DNA of 64,000 nt from Gemmatimonadota bacterium (GTDB lineage: Bacteria; Gemmatimonadota; Gemmatimonadetes; Palauibacterales; Palauibacteraceae). The DNA lies in NCBI GenBank assembly GCA_032251515.1, contig JAVVDU010000002.1:17936-81935 (forward strand), in the 5' to 3' direction. Under the pieces are notes generated by a model. The model ran no database searches. It was not told where the DNA came from and saw nothing but the letters and a program-made list of their open reading frames with translations. The position numbers and the translations under genes are program-made. Shown here one piece after another: positions 38,482 through 48,369 of this stretch; position 1 is the stretch's first letter; each line of letters starts with the position of its first letter.

Positions 38482-38515
38482 GGGAGCCGGAGGGCGCCAA
38501 CCGCCGCCGGCTCCC
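38482..38515 (-). terminator. hairpin GGGAGCCGG-N16-CCGGCTCCC downstream of the 38521 gene
   Basis: 9-bp perfect inverted repeat beginning 6 nt after the stop codon of the 38521..40065 gene. Confidence 0.25.
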
Positions 38516-38520
38516 ACCGC

Positions 38521-40065
38521 TCACAGGTCCCCCGGAAAGCGCAGGACCAGGTACACCTCGGGATCCAGGTCGGACCTGTCGGGATCGGCGGCCACGCCCA
38601 GCTCGAGGCCGGACCAGCGGACGCCGGCCGACAGGTTCGCCTCGAAGTCCGCGGCGCGCCCTTCCTCCCAGGCGGCGCCCGTCGCGGCACGTGCGACCAG
38701 TTGCGGCGGGCCGATGACGGCCACCCGGAGCGCCTCGATGGGAACGAGGTAGGCGGCCTGCACGAACACGGCGCGCGGGCCGGCCAGCGACAGGCGGGCG
38801 AAGGTGGGCAGAGTGGCCTGTCCCCCGAACGCCGTCCAGCGCTGGCGCGGCAGCGTTCCGGACAGGTCGCCCCGCGCCAGGCCGAACAGCTCCACGCGGT
38901 GTGCCGCGAGCCCCGGGAACGACCAGTCCACGCGCGCCTCTCCGAACAGGAAGCTGAAGTCGCCGCCCACGCTGGAGTCGGCCCACTCCGCCCGCACCAG
39001 CGCGCCGAGCCGGTGACTCACGCCGCGCCGGCGCAGGGCCAGCGAGCCGATGAGGCTGATCGTCTCCCCGTCGTCCACGGCGGGGTTCGGCGGGCCGTCG
39101 GCGTCGCCGAACAGCACGAACGGGTCCTCCCGGGCCGTCAGGCTGCGGGCCTTCTCGTACTGCACCTCGAGCAGCGGGCGCCACTCCCTGTCCTCCGGGG
39201 CGCCGCCCCGCACGACGAAACGGTCGGCCTGGTAGTAGTTGCGGTAATCGTCCCCGGCGAAGAAGAACGACAGCGAGTTCGAGGCCCCCTTCCGGACCCA
39301 GCTCTCGTTCGTGCGCGTGGCCCGTTCGGCCAGGATGCCCAGCTCGAGTCCCGCCGAGGGGTGCCAGTCCTGACGCACCGTGGCCTCCACCTCGTCGGGC
39401 GCGGTGAGGAAGCGGATCTCGAAGTCGAGCGAAGGCCGGCCGGGCCACTCCACCCCCTGCAGGCGCGCCCCCCAGCGAAGCGTCCACTCGTCCACCCGCT
39501 GGTAGCCGGGAAACCCGAACCCGTGGAGCCCGTGCAGGACGATCGGGCGTCCCGCGTCGTCGGCCGGCAGGATGGACCAGCCGCGCTCGTTCCGGCGCAC
39601 GACGTAGAGATCGTTCGGCCGGTAGGCGACGTCCCCGGCGACTTCGGCCAGGCCGGACGCATAGAATCCCCCTCCGAGCACGACGACGTTCCCCTCCACG
39701 CGCGAACCCGGCCGCAGGAACAGGTCCCCGTCCACGACGAACACGTCCCCCCGCACCGTTCCCGCGATCCGCGCCGCCGCGCCGAGCACCAGGAGTCCGG
39801 ACTCCACCCGCTCTCCGGACGCCAGCACCGTGTCGGCCGTCCAGAGCGCGTAGCCCGGCCGGTCCAGGAACCGGTCCAGCCGCTTCTCCTCCTCGTGGTC
39901 CCCGCGCGCCGAGAAGCGGACTTCCTGCGCGGAAAGTCCCCCGGCGCTCAGCAGGACCGCCGCCAGGGCGCCGAGGACGCGGACGCGCCGCAGGGCGCCT
40001 CCCGCCCGGCGCGCGCGCCGGCTCCGGCCGTCGGTCGAGGTCCACGGCCACCGCAGGAGCGTCAC
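38521..40065 (-). CDS. hypothetical secreted protein: bactofilin-like beta-helical N-domain plus beta-rich C-domain
   Basis: Signal-like N-terminus (VRVLGALAAVLLSAGGLSAQE). Gly/Val periodic repeats (GTVRGDVFVVDGDLFL..GNVVVLGGGF). The C-terminal 330 aa have alternating aromatic/hydrophobic residues. Confidence 0.4.
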   Translation of the reverse strand: MTLLRWPWTSTDGRSRRARRAGGALRRVRVLGALAAVLLSAGGLSAQEVRFSARGDHEEEKRLDRFLDRPGYALWTADTVLASGERVESGLLVLGAAARIAGTVRGDVFVVDGDLFLRPGSRVEGNVVVLGGGFYASGLAEVAGDVAYRPNDLYVVRRNERGWSILPADDAGRPIVLHGLHGFGFPGYQRVDEWTLRWGARLQGVEWPGRPSLDFEIRFLTAPDEVEATVRQDWHPSAGLELGILAERATRTNESWVRKGASNSLSFFFAGDDYRNYYQADRFVVRGGAPEDREWRPLLEVQYEKARSLTAREDPFVLFGDADGPPNPAVDDGETISLIGSLALRRRGVSHRLGALVRAEWADSSVGGDFSFLFGEARVDWSFPGLAAHRVELFGLARGDLSGTLPRQRWTAFGGQATLPTFARLSLAGPRAVFVQAAYLVPIEALRVAVIGPPQLVARAATGAAWEEGRAADFEANLSAGVRWSGLELGVAADPDRSDLDPEVYLVLRFPGDL

Positions 40066-40598
40066 GCGCCCCCCTCCTTCCAGGTCTCCCGGCAGATGAC
40101 CTCCTCCACGGGACGCCGGGCCGGCAGCGGATCGAAGCCGTCGGGGTACCCGATGGCCAGGAGCGAGATCACCGGTACGTCCGGCGGCGCTCCGATCACG
40201 TCACGCACCGTCGGCTCCCGGTACCCACGCAGCCACACGGCCTGCAGCCCCAGGTCGGCGGCCGCCAGGGCCATCGCCTGGGTGGCGGCCGCGAGATCGA
40301 CCGGGTGCGCCGGCCGTCCACTGCCGCTCACCCGGGAATGGATGCGTGCACACCCCACCACGAGCACCGGCGCCGTGCGGGCCCGCTCCTCGTGGAAGGC
40401 CGCCGCGGCGAGGCGTCGTCGGGCCAGCGCGTCGCGGACCACGACGAAGCGCCATGGCTGGTCCTCGCTGGCCGACGGTGCGTAACGGCCGCAGTCCAGC
40501 ACCCGCTCCAGCAGCTCCGCGGGCACGGACCGGTCGGAGAACCGCCGGACCCGCTGCCGGTTGCGCGCCAGTCCGTACACTCGGGAGAGATGGCTCAC
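40062..40598 (-). CDS. nitroreductase-family protein
   Basis: NADH-oxidase/nitroreductase fold motifs (RRF..VP...L..VL..GRYAPSASEDQPWRFVVV). Confidence 0.65.
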   Translation of the reverse strand: MSHLSRVYGLARNRQRVRRFSDRSVPAELLERVLDCGRYAPSASEDQPWRFVVVRDALARRRLAAAAFHEERARTAPVLVVGCARIHSRVSGSGRPAHPVDLAAATQAMALAAADLGLQAVWLRGYREPTVRDVIGAPPDVPVISLLAIGYPDGFDPLPARRPVEEVICRETWKEGGA

Positions 40599-40604
40599 GC
40601 GGCC

Positions 40605-41654
40605 TCATGCCCTCGGATGATACCTCCGGTGTTCTTCCTGCAGGTACGTCCGGTCCACGTGGGTGTAGATCTGCGTGGTCGAGATGTCCGCGTGTCCCAG
40701 CATGTCCTGAACGGCCACCAGGTCCGCCCCCCCCTCCAGCAGGTGTGTGGCGAAGCTGTGCCGGAAGGTGTGCGGCGTCACCCGCACCCGGAACTCCACC
40801 CCCCGGAGCGCCGCCAGCGCCCGGCCCCGCTCCACAGCCGCCCGGACGATCTTCCAGGCGCCCGTCCGGCTCAGCGCCCCGCCCCGTTGGTTCAGAAACA
40901 GGGCCGGCGCGGGCGACCCCCGTCCGGCGAGGTCGATGCGCCGCTCGGGAAGGTACCGTTCCAGCGCCCGGGCCGCACCACCGCCGAAGGGCACGATCCG
41001 GGCCTTGCCGCCCTTGCCCCGCACGCTCAGGAGCCCCTCGTCCCGCGCCACGTCGCGGAGCTGCAGGCCGGTGAGCTCGGAGATGCGAAGTCCCGCCCCG
41101 TACAGCACCTCCAGCATCGCGGCATCACGCGCCGCGGCCGCCCGGTCCTTCGTCCGGAGGCGAGCGGCATCGGCGGTCCGCTGCGCGCGTTCGGCCGCCG
41201 CATCCAGGATGCACTCGACCTGCGCCACGGTCATGACGCCGGGCAGAGGGCGTCCGGGACGCGGTGCCTCCAGGCGTTCCGAGGGATCCTCCTGCAGGTG
41301 TCCCTCGCCGACGAGGAAGCGGAAGTAGGCCCGGCAGGCCGACCGGGCCCGGGCCGCCGTGCGGGCCCCGAGCCCTCGCTCCGCCAGGGAGTGCATCCAG
41401 TCGCGGAGCAGCGCGTAGTCGAATCCCGAGGGGCCCGGCAGGCCCCGGGCGAGCGCGAAGTCGACGAGGTTCCGGCAGTCGCGCTCGTAGGCTTCGATCG
41501 TGTTGGAGGCGAGGCGCCGCTCGAAGCGCAGGTAGTCCCGGAACGGTCCGAGGAGAAAGGCGACAGCCTCGTCCTCGCCCGGCCGGCTTCCCGCCCCGGC
41601 GCCGGCTCCCCGGCCCGGGGTCACTCGTCCTCGTCCGCGTCGCGACTGCGCCAC
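40605..41654 (-). CDS. xerD: tyrosine site-specific recombinase XerC/XerD
   Basis: N-terminal SAM-like domain (NTIEAYERDCRNL). Catalytic R..HxxR..Y (VTPHTFRHSFATHLL...IYTH). GTG start with a Gly/Arg-rich N-terminal extension. Confidence 0.8.
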   Translation of the reverse strand: MAQSRRGRGRVTPGRGAGAGAGSRPGEDEAVAFLLGPFRDYLRFERRLASNTIEAYERDCRNLVDFALARGLPGPSGFDYALLRDWMHSLAERGLGARTAARARSACRAYFRFLVGEGHLQEDPSERLEAPRPGRPLPGVMTVAQVECILDAAAERAQRTADAARLRTKDRAAAARDAAMLEVLYGAGLRISELTGLQLRDVARDEGLLSVRGKGGKARIVPFGGGAARALERYLPERRIDLAGRGSPAPALFLNQRGGALSRTGAWKIVRAAVERGRALAALRGVEFRVRVTPHTFRHSFATHLLEGGADLVAVQDMLGHADISTTQIYTHVDRTYLQEEHRRYHPRA

Positions 41655-42247
41655 CAGAGGAGTCCCAGCAGCAGCGCGACGCCGAGGCCGATGAGGCCGG
41701 CCGTCGTGTTCAGCGCACGCAGGGCGGTGGCGACGACGTCGAGGTTCCGCGAGAAGAACACGCCCAGGGCGACCAGCGCGGCGTACCAGACGCCCGTGGC
41801 GACGGCCAGGGGAACCGAGGTGCGGAAGAACCCGAGCCGGCTCACGCCGGCGAATGCCGGGACGAGGACCCGGAACACGGGGAAGAAGCGGCTGACGAGA
41901 ATCGTGATCGTCCCGTACTCGCGGTAGAACTCCTCCATCCGCCGCAGCTGCGCCGGGCGAAGCAGCCAGCGTCCCCAGCGGGTGGCGAAGATGCCGGACC
42001 CGTAGCGCCGCGCCGCGAGGTACACGGCGAGGGCCAGCAGGAGGTTGCTCAGCCAGGCGATCGCGAACACGAGGCGTACGTCCAGCAGTCCCCGGTCAGC
42101 GAGGACCGCGCCGGCCACCACGACCACGTCGGAGGGCACCGGTGGAAAGAGGTTCTCGACCGCGGCGCCGGCTCCCACGAGGAGGTAGACCGTCTCCACG
42201 GGAATCCGGGACACGAGGTCGAGCAGCGCCTCGAGTTGCTCCCGCAC
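41621..42247 (-). CDS. DedA-family membrane protein
   Basis: DedA signature F.P..P...V......G, followed by SRFFPVFRVLVPAFAGVS. Confidence 0.6.
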   Translation of the reverse strand: MREQLEALLDLVSRIPVETVYLLVGAGAAVENLFPPVPSDVVVVAGAVLADRGLLDVRLVFAIAWLSNLLLALAVYLAARRYGSGIFATRWGRWLLRPAQLRRMEEFYREYGTITILVSRFFPVFRVLVPAFAGVSRLGFFRTSVPLAVATGVWYAALVALGVFFSRNLDVVATALRALNTTAGLIGLGVALLLGLLWWRSRDADEDE

Positions 42248-42253
42248 GACGAC

Positions 42254-42769
42254 TCAACCCCCGCCGCGAATGCTCGCGTGGAGCGCGTCGATGTCCCCGA
42301 TCCGGTCCAGGAGGGCGACCGCCAGAACGGCGAGGCCCTCCCCCGTCCCGATCCAGCCCATGCCCTCGTTGGACTTGCCCTTGATCGACACGGCCTCGGG
42401 GCTCACGCGCAGCGGCGCGGCGAGGCGCCGCGCCATGGCGTCGGCGTGCGGCGCGATCCGCGGGCGCTCGGTCACCACCGTGATGTCCACGTTGACGACC
42501 TGGTAGTTCCGTTCCTCCACCCACCGCATGGCCCGCACGAGAAGGTCGAGGGAATCGGCGTCGGCCCACGCGGGGTCCGTGTCCGGAAACCGCTGCCCGA
42601 TGCTCCCGAGGCCCGCGGCGCCCAGCAGGGCATCGATCACCGCGTGAGCGATCGCGTCGCCGTCGGAATGTCCGGCGAGGCCGGGAGCGTCGGGGAGATG
42701 GACGCCGGCGAGGACGAGGGGGCGCGTCGCGTCGAACCGGTGCGAGTCGAAGCCGAGACCTACCCGCAC
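42254..42769 (-). CDS. ispF: 2-C-methyl-D-erythritol 2,4-cyclodiphosphate synthase IspF
   Basis: GLGFDSHRF and HSDGD motifs. 171 aa. Confidence 0.9.
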   Translation of the reverse strand: MRVGLGFDSHRFDATRPLVLAGVHLPDAPGLAGHSDGDAIAHAVIDALLGAAGLGSIGQRFPDTDPAWADADSLDLLVRAMRWVEERNYQVVNVDITVVTERPRIAPHADAMARRLAAPLRVSPEAVSIKGKSNEGMGWIGTGEGLAVLAVALLDRIGDIDALHASIRGGG

Positions 42770-42853
42770 GGCGCCCCCGGAAGGTGGGCGCTCAGGCGTC
42801 GGCCGGGGCGCCGAGGCTCCGTGGGAGTGCGCACTCTGGAAGCGCTCCCCTTC

Positions 42854-44116
42854 TCAGGCCTCGTCCCAGCGCCGCACGACGAGGCAGACGTTGTGGCCGC
42901 CGAACCCGAAGGAATTCGAGATCGCCGCACGCACGGGCCGCTCGCGGGCGCCCTCGACCACGTAGTCGAGATCGCACGCCGGATCCGGCGTCGTGTAGTT
43001 GATGGTCGGCGGAACGCGCCCGCGCGCGCACACGAGCGCGGAGATCACGGCCTCCACCGCCCCGGCGGCTCCGAGCGTGTGGCCGGTCATCGACTTGGTG
43101 GAGCCCACCATGAGCTCCCGGGCCCGGTCGCCGAACACGGCCTTGATCGCCGCCGTCTCCGTCGCGTCGTTGGCCGGAGTGGACGTCCCGTGTGCGTTCA
43201 CGTAGTCCACGTCGACCGGATCCAGGGCGGCATCCCGCAGGGCGGCCCGGATGGCGATCTGCGCGCCCGCACCTTCGGGCGCGGGCGCCGTCATGTGGTG
43301 CGCATCCGCGCTCTGGCCGAAGCCCGCGAGCTCGGCGAGGATCGGCGCGCCGCGGGCTCGTGCGTGCGCCAGGGATTCGAGCACCAGCATGCCGGCGCCT
43401 TCCCCCAGCACGAACCCGTCCCGGGTCGCGTCGAACGGGCGCGATGCGGTGGACGGAGTGTCGTTGCGCTGCGAGAGAGCCTTCATGGAGGCGAAGCCGG
43501 CCATGCAGAGCGGCGTGACGGTCGCCTCCGACCCCCCCGCGATCATCACGTCGGCCTCTCCGACCCGGATCGCCCGGGTGGCGGCCCCGATGGCATGCGC
43601 GCTCGAGGCGCAGGCCGACACCGTCGCGTAGTTCGGTCCTCGGGCCCCGTAGCGCATCGAGATCATGCCGGCGGCCATGTCACCGATGAACATGGGAATG
43701 AAGAACGGCGAGACGCGGCCCGGCCCCTTCTCGAGCAGGCGGGCGTGCTGGTCCTCCAGGGTCGCGAGCCCCCCGATCCCGGTTCCCACGATCACGCCCA
43801 CCCGCTCCGCCGGCGTGGTCGCCATCACGGCTTCGAGGTCCGCCTGCTCCACCGCCTGCACCGTCGACGCCATGGCGAGCTGCAGGAAGCGGTCGGCCCG
43901 GCGCGCCTCTTTCCGGTCCATCCAGCGCTCGGGATCGAAGTCCTTGACCTCGCAGGCGAACCGGACAGCCTGGTCCGAGGCGTCGAACAGGGTGATCGGC
44001 GCGGCGCCGCTGTGCCCGGCGAGGAGGGACTCCCAAGTGTCCTCCACGTCCAAGCCCAGCGGCGTCACGAGACCCATGCCCGTGACGACGACGCGCGTGC
44101 GTCCGGCCGGATCCAT
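42854..44116 (-). CDS. fabF: 3-oxoacyl-ACP synthase II FabF
   Basis: Active-site ATVSACASS. KAS II C-terminus GHNVCLV. Confidence 0.9.
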   Translation of the reverse strand: MDPAGRTRVVVTGMGLVTPLGLDVEDTWESLLAGHSGAAPITLFDASDQAVRFACEVKDFDPERWMDRKEARRADRFLQLAMASTVQAVEQADLEAVMATTPAERVGVIVGTGIGGLATLEDQHARLLEKGPGRVSPFFIPMFIGDMAAGMISMRYGARGPNYATVSACASSAHAIGAATRAIRVGEADVMIAGGSEATVTPLCMAGFASMKALSQRNDTPSTASRPFDATRDGFVLGEGAGMLVLESLAHARARGAPILAELAGFGQSADAHHMTAPAPEGAGAQIAIRAALRDAALDPVDVDYVNAHGTSTPANDATETAAIKAVFGDRARELMVGSTKSMTGHTLGAAGAVEAVISALVCARGRVPPTINYTTPDPACDLDYVVEGARERPVRAAISNSFGFGGHNVCLVVRRWDEA

Positions 44117-44141
44117 GTCGAAAGCCCTCCCCGCCGGGGCG

Positions 44142-44378
44142 TCAGCCCTGCTTCTGCTCCAGGTAGCGGATCGCGTCGCCCACCGACTGCATCTTCTCAG
44201 CGTCCTCGTCGGGGATCTCGATCGAGAAGGCTTCCTCGAACGCCATCACCAGCTCGACGGTGTCCAGCGAGTCGGCACCCAGGTCCTCGACGAACGAGGC
44301 GTCGTCCGTGACCTTCTCCAGCTCCACGCCGAGCTCGTTCGCGATGATCTCCTTGACCTTCGCCGCCGTATCGGACAT
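44142..44378 (-). CDS. acpP: acyl carrier protein AcpP
   Basis: DLGADSLD phosphopantetheine site. 78 aa. Confidence 0.9.
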   Translation of the reverse strand: MSDTAAKVKEIIANELGVELEKVTDDASFVEDLGADSLDTVELVMAFEEAFSIEIPDEDAEKMQSVGDAIRYLEQKQG

Positions 44379-44458
44379 GTCCGTGTCCCCTCTTCCGAAT
44401 GATGGAATGCCGGCGCCGCCGCCGCGTCGCCGGAAGAATTCGGGCCCGTGGGCCCGGG

Positions 44459-45199
44459 TCAGCCGTGCATCACCATCCCGCCGTCCACCACGATCACCTG
44501 CCCGGTCATGTACGCGGCCGCCGGGCCGGCGAGAAACCTCACGACCCCGGCGACGTCCCCGGGGCGCCCGAAGCGTCCGAGTGGAATCCTCTCCCGCATG
44601 CGCTCGCGGACGTCGTCGCCCAGGGACGCCGTCATGTCCGTCTCGACGAACCCGGGCGCCACCACGTTGACGAGCACGCCGCGCGACGCCAGCTCCTGGG
44701 CCACGGACTTCGAGAGGCCGACGAGGCCGGCCTTCGATGCCGCATAGTTGGACTGGCCCGCGTTCCCCGTCAAGCCTACGACGCTGGCGACGTTCACGAT
44801 CCGGCCCGAGCGCCGCTTCATCATGCCGCGGGCCACCGCCCGCATCATCTGGAAGGCGCCGCGGAGGTTGGTCGCGAGCACCTCGTCCCAGTCCTCGTCC
44901 CGCAGCCGCAGCAGGATGTTGTCCCGCGTCACGCCGGCGTTGTTCACCAGGATGTCGACGGGCCCGAGCCGCTCCTCGACCCGCGCCACGAGGTCCGTAC
45001 AGGCCTCCGGGGCCGAGACGTCGCAGGCGAACCCGGCCGCTCCCCCGTCGAGACCACCGGCCGCCCGTTCCGCGCGGCTCGCGTCCCGCGCCACGCAGGC
45101 GACCCTGGCGCCGGCTTCCGCGAGCGCCTCGGCCACGGCGAGGCCGATGCCCCGCGACGCCCCGGTCACGATCGCCACCTTTCCGGCGAGCTCAGACAT
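44459..45199 (-). CDS. fabG: 3-oxoacyl-ACP reductase FabG
   Basis: SDR family [17 protein letters not shown] catalytic motif. Confidence 0.9.
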   Translation of the reverse strand: MSELAGKVAIVTGASRGIGLAVAEALAEAGARVACVARDASRAERAAGGLDGGAAGFACDVSAPEACTDLVARVEERLGPVDILVNNAGVTRDNILLRLRDEDWDEVLATNLRGAFQMMRAVARGMMKRRSGRIVNVASVVGLTGNAGQSNYAASKAGLVGLSKSVAQELASRGVLVNVVAPGFVETDMTASLGDDVRERMRERIPLGRFGRPGDVAGVVRFLAGPAAAYMTGQVIVVDGGMVMHG

Positions 45200-46130
45200 C
45201 CAGTGCCTCCTCCAGGACCGCGATCTCCTCGACGTCGCCCGCGGCGTGCGCGGGCAGCGACCTGTCCATCCGCCGCAGCAGACCCGCCAGGACCCGACCG
45301 GGACCGAGCTCCAGCCAGGCGCCCGGAGATTCGTCCCGCATCGCCGCGACCGACTCCACCCAGCGCACGGGCGACGTCAGCTGCCGCACGAGCTGCTCGC
45401 GAATCTCGCGCCCGGTGCGGACCGGACGCGCCGATGCGTTGGCGACGACCGGAAACGCCGGATCGACGACCTCGACGTCGGCCAGGGCCGCCTGGAGGCC
45501 CTCCCGCGCCCTGGCCATGAGGGGCGAATGGAACGCCCCGCTGACGTTGAGGCGTACGGCGCGCCTCGCGCCGGCCGCGAGCGCCTCCTCGCGTGCGGCC
45601 TCGACGGCCGCCACGTCCCCGCTCACCACCACCTGGTCCGGCGCGTTGAAGTTGGCCGGGACGACGACGCCCGCCGGTCCGGACGCCGCCTCGCACACGG
45701 CCGTCACCTCCGCGACGGACAGACCGAGCAGCGCGGCCATCGTCCCCGGCCGCTCCTCGCCGGCGCGGGCCATCAGCTCGCCACGCCGCCGCACCAGGCG
45801 CAGCGCATCCTCGAACCGGAGCGCGCCGGCGGCGAGACAGGCGGAGAACTCGCCGAGCGAGTGTCCGGCCCCCACCACCACCGCGTCCCGGATACCGTCT
45901 GGGAGGCTCGTCCAGGTGGCCCACGAATGGAGCAGGATCGCCGGCTGCGCGTTCTCGGTGCGGGTGAGCGTCTCCTCGGGACCCTCGAAACAGAACCGGG
46001 AGAGTGGAACGCCCAGGATCTCGTCCGCGCGCGCGTAGAGCTCGCGCACGGCCGCATCCGCGTCGGCCAGGTCGCGTCCCATGCCCACGGCCTGGGACCC
46101 CTGGCCGGGCATCATCAGGGCGATGCGCAT
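45192..46130 (-). CDS. fabD: malonyl-CoA:ACP transacylase FabD
   Basis: GQGSQ and GHSLGE motifs. Confidence 0.9.
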   Translation of the reverse strand: MRIALMMPGQGSQAVGMGRDLADADAAVRELYARADEILGVPLSRFCFEGPEETLTRTENAQPAILLHSWATWTSLPDGIRDAVVVGAGHSLGEFSACLAAGALRFEDALRLVRRRGELMARAGEERPGTMAALLGLSVAEVTAVCEAASGPAGVVVPANFNAPDQVVVSGDVAAVEAAREEALAAGARRAVRLNVSGAFHSPLMARAREGLQAALADVEVVDPAFPVVANASARPVRTGREIREQLVRQLTSPVRWVESVAAMRDESPGAWLELGPGRVLAGLLRRMDRSLPAHAAGDVEEIAVLEEALDV

Positions 46131-46200
46131 CGGGGGATCTCTCCTTCCCGCGTCGAGCCGGGCAGATCGGGAGACGTGGCTCCCGTCGTACCCGGCCCGC

Positions 46201-46383
46201 TCAGAAGGACTCGACCCGGACGACTTCCCGGTCGCCGTAGTGCCCGCAGTTCGGGCACACCCTGTGCGGACGGCGCGGGTCTCCGCACCGCGGGCAGGCC
46301 TGGTGCGCCACGGCCGGCGCCGCGTGGTGTCCGCGGCGCTTCCGCTTGCGCTGTTTCGAGGTCCGTCTCTTGGGTACCGCCAT
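46201..46383 (-). CDS. rpmF: 50S ribosomal protein L32 RpmF
   Basis: MAVPKRRTSK N-terminus. Cys4 zinc ribbon. 60 aa. Confidence 0.85.
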   Translation of the reverse strand: MAVPKRRTSKQRKRKRRGHHAAPAVAHQACPRCGDPRRPHRVCPNCGHYGDREVVRVESF

Positions 46384-46400
46384 GTGTTCCTTCCCCGGTT

Positions 46401-46979
46401 CTATCCTGCTTCGTCAGCTTCCGTCCCGTCGTCTCCACCGGCCACGGGACTCGAGGTCCCGGCCTCCCGTCGCAGCGCGTCCCACCGCGGATCCGGCTCG
46501 TCCGCCACGCACCCGCAGTCCCGCTCGTTCCGGTCCGTCCCGCAGCGCGGACAGAGGCCGCGGCACTCAGGCCGGCACAGCGGATACGTCGGCAGCGCCA
46601 GCAGGATCTCCTCCCGCAGGGCCGGCGCCAGATCGACCTCGTCGGCCTCCGGGTCGAGGGCGTACAGCGCCTCCTCCTCGTCGGCCACCGAGATGTCGGG
46701 ATCGAACCGGAGCTCGAGCTCCAGCGCGAACTCCCTTTCGACATCCGCCAGGCACCGGCGGCACCGCAGCACCGCCGTCGCCTCGACGCCCACCTGCACC
46801 GCGACGCCGTCCCCGCCCGCCGGCGCCGCCCGCAGGGCGATCGCCACGGGATCCGCCAGGCGCGGGGCATCGGCCGCATCGCCCTCCGGGACGAGACCGG
46901 ACACGCGACCCGACCACTCCACGCCGCCCCGCGCGATCCGCTCGCGCGACAGCAGCCCCGGTGGAAAGCCTTGATTCAT
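46401..46979 (-). CDS. yceD: YceD/DUF177 protein (23S rRNA accumulation protein)
   Basis: Immediately upstream of rpmF. CxxC...CxxC C-terminus. Confidence 0.7.
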   Translation of the reverse strand: MNQGFPPGLLSRERIARGGVEWSGRVSGLVPEGDAADAPRLADPVAIALRAAPAGGDGVAVQVGVEATAVLRCRRCLADVEREFALELELRFDPDISVADEEEALYALDPEADEVDLAPALREEILLALPTYPLCRPECRGLCPRCGTDRNERDCGCVADEPDPRWDALRREAGTSSPVAGGDDGTEADEAG

Positions 46980-47020
46980 AGCCTTATCTGCGGCTTCTGT
47001 CAATCGGGTCGGCGCCGCGC

Positions 47021-47440
47021 TCAGATCCGGTCCGTGCCCGCGAAGAAGAAGGCCGCCTCGCTCGCCGCGTTCTCGGGCGAGTCGGAGGCATGGATCGCGT
47101 TCCGCTCCTTGCTCTCCGCATACAGTGCCCGGATCGTACCCGGCTCCGCCTCGGCCGGATCGGTCGCTCCGATGACCGCGCGCAGGCGCGTCACCGCATC
47201 CTCGCGCCGCAGCAGCACGGGCATGCACGCTCCCGACGTCATGAACTCGACCAGCGAGCCGAAGAACGGCCGCTCGCGGTGCACCGCGTAGAAGGCCTCC
47301 GCCTCATCCCGCCGCAGGCGGATCACCCGCGCCGCCCGGATGCGGAACCCCTCCTCCTCGAGCCGCGCCAGTATCCGTCCCGCCTTGCCGCTGCCGAACG
47401 CATCCGGCTTGATGATCGCCAGGGTCTCGGTCGTCGCCAT
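47021..47440 (-). CDS. ndk: nucleoside diphosphate kinase Ndk
   Basis: TLAIIKPDA and NAIHASD (active His) motifs. Confidence 0.9.
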   Translation of the reverse strand: MATTETLAIIKPDAFGSGKAGRILARLEEEGFRIRAARVIRLRRDEAEAFYAVHRERPFFGSLVEFMTSGACMPVLLRREDAVTRLRAVIGATDPAEAEPGTIRALYAESKERNAIHASDSPENAASEAAFFFAGTDRI

Positions 47441-47455
47441 CCGTGCTTCCTTTCC

Positions 47456-48325
47456 TCAGAGCCGGTCCCGCACGAGGCGCACGAAGTCGGCCGGCAGCTC
47501 CGCCACCGCGATGCCGCACTCGCGGAATGCCTTCATCTTCTCGTCCGCCGTACCCTCGGAGCCGGAGATGATCGCCCCCGCGTGCCCCATGCGCCGGCCC
47601 GGCGGCGCCGTCCGCCCGGCGATGAACCCCACGACCGGCTTCGTCATCCGGTCTCGCACGAACTCGGCCGCCGTCTGCTCGTCCGTGCCGCCGATCTCGC
47701 CGATCATGCACACGGCTCGCGTATCCGGATCCTCCTCGAACGCCGCCAGGCAATCGACGAAGTCCGTCCCGATCAGCGGGTCGCCGCCGATCCCGACGCA
47801 CGTCGTCTGGCCGATGCCCGCCCGGGTCAGCTGGAACACCACTTCGTAGGTCAGGGTGCCCGAGCGGCTGACCACCCCCACCGGCCCCGGCGTCACGATC
47901 TGGCCCGGCAGGATGCCCACCTTGCAGGCGCCCGGCGTGATGAGCCCGGGACAGTTCGGCCCGATGAGCCGGCTTCCCGTCTCCTCGACCCGGGGAAGGA
48001 CGCGCATCATGTCCTTCACCGGGACGCCCTCCGTGATGCACACGATCAAGCCGATACCGGCGTCGGCCGCCTCGAGGATCGCGTCGGCCGCGAAGGCGGC
48101 CGGCACGTAGATGACGCTCGTGTTCGCACCGCACTCGGTGACGGCCTGCTCGACCGTGTCGAACACCGGTACGGCGTCATCGAACGTCTGCCCGCCCTTC
48201 CCGGGGGTCACGCCCGCCACGACCCGCGTGCCGTACTCCATCATCTGGCGGGCGTGGAAGGAGCCGTCGCGCCCGGTGATCCCCTGCACGACGAGTCGCG
48301 TGGAACCGTCTATGAAGATGCTCAT
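47456..48325 (-). CDS. sucD: succinyl-CoA synthetase alpha subunit SucD
   Basis: SRSGTLTYE and active-site GHAGAII. Confidence 0.9.
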   Translation of the reverse strand: MSIFIDGSTRLVVQGITGRDGSFHARQMMEYGTRVVAGVTPGKGGQTFDDAVPVFDTVEQAVTECGANTSVIYVPAAFAADAILEAADAGIGLIVCITEGVPVKDMMRVLPRVEETGSRLIGPNCPGLITPGACKVGILPGQIVTPGPVGVVSRSGTLTYEVVFQLTRAGIGQTTCVGIGGDPLIGTDFVDCLAAFEEDPDTRAVCMIGEIGGTDEQTAAEFVRDRMTKPVVGFIAGRTAPPGRRMGHAGAIISGSEGTADEKMKAFRECGIAVAELPADFVRLVRDRL

Positions 48326-48369
48326 GCCCGTATCGTCTCCCTTGCTGGCCCGGCGGCGCGCGTGCCCGC

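Noticed and set aside
38701-40485. 594-aa plus-strand ORF opposite the secreted-protein and nitroreductase genes
   Set aside because: Arg/Pro/Gly-rich antisense artefact. The minus-strand products have a signal peptide and recognisable folds.
41564-41654. Alternative shorter XerD start at the 'VAFLL' position
   Set aside because: That Val is GTC, not a start codon. The only in-frame initiator is the GTG at 41654. The N-terminal extension is kept, with low confidence.
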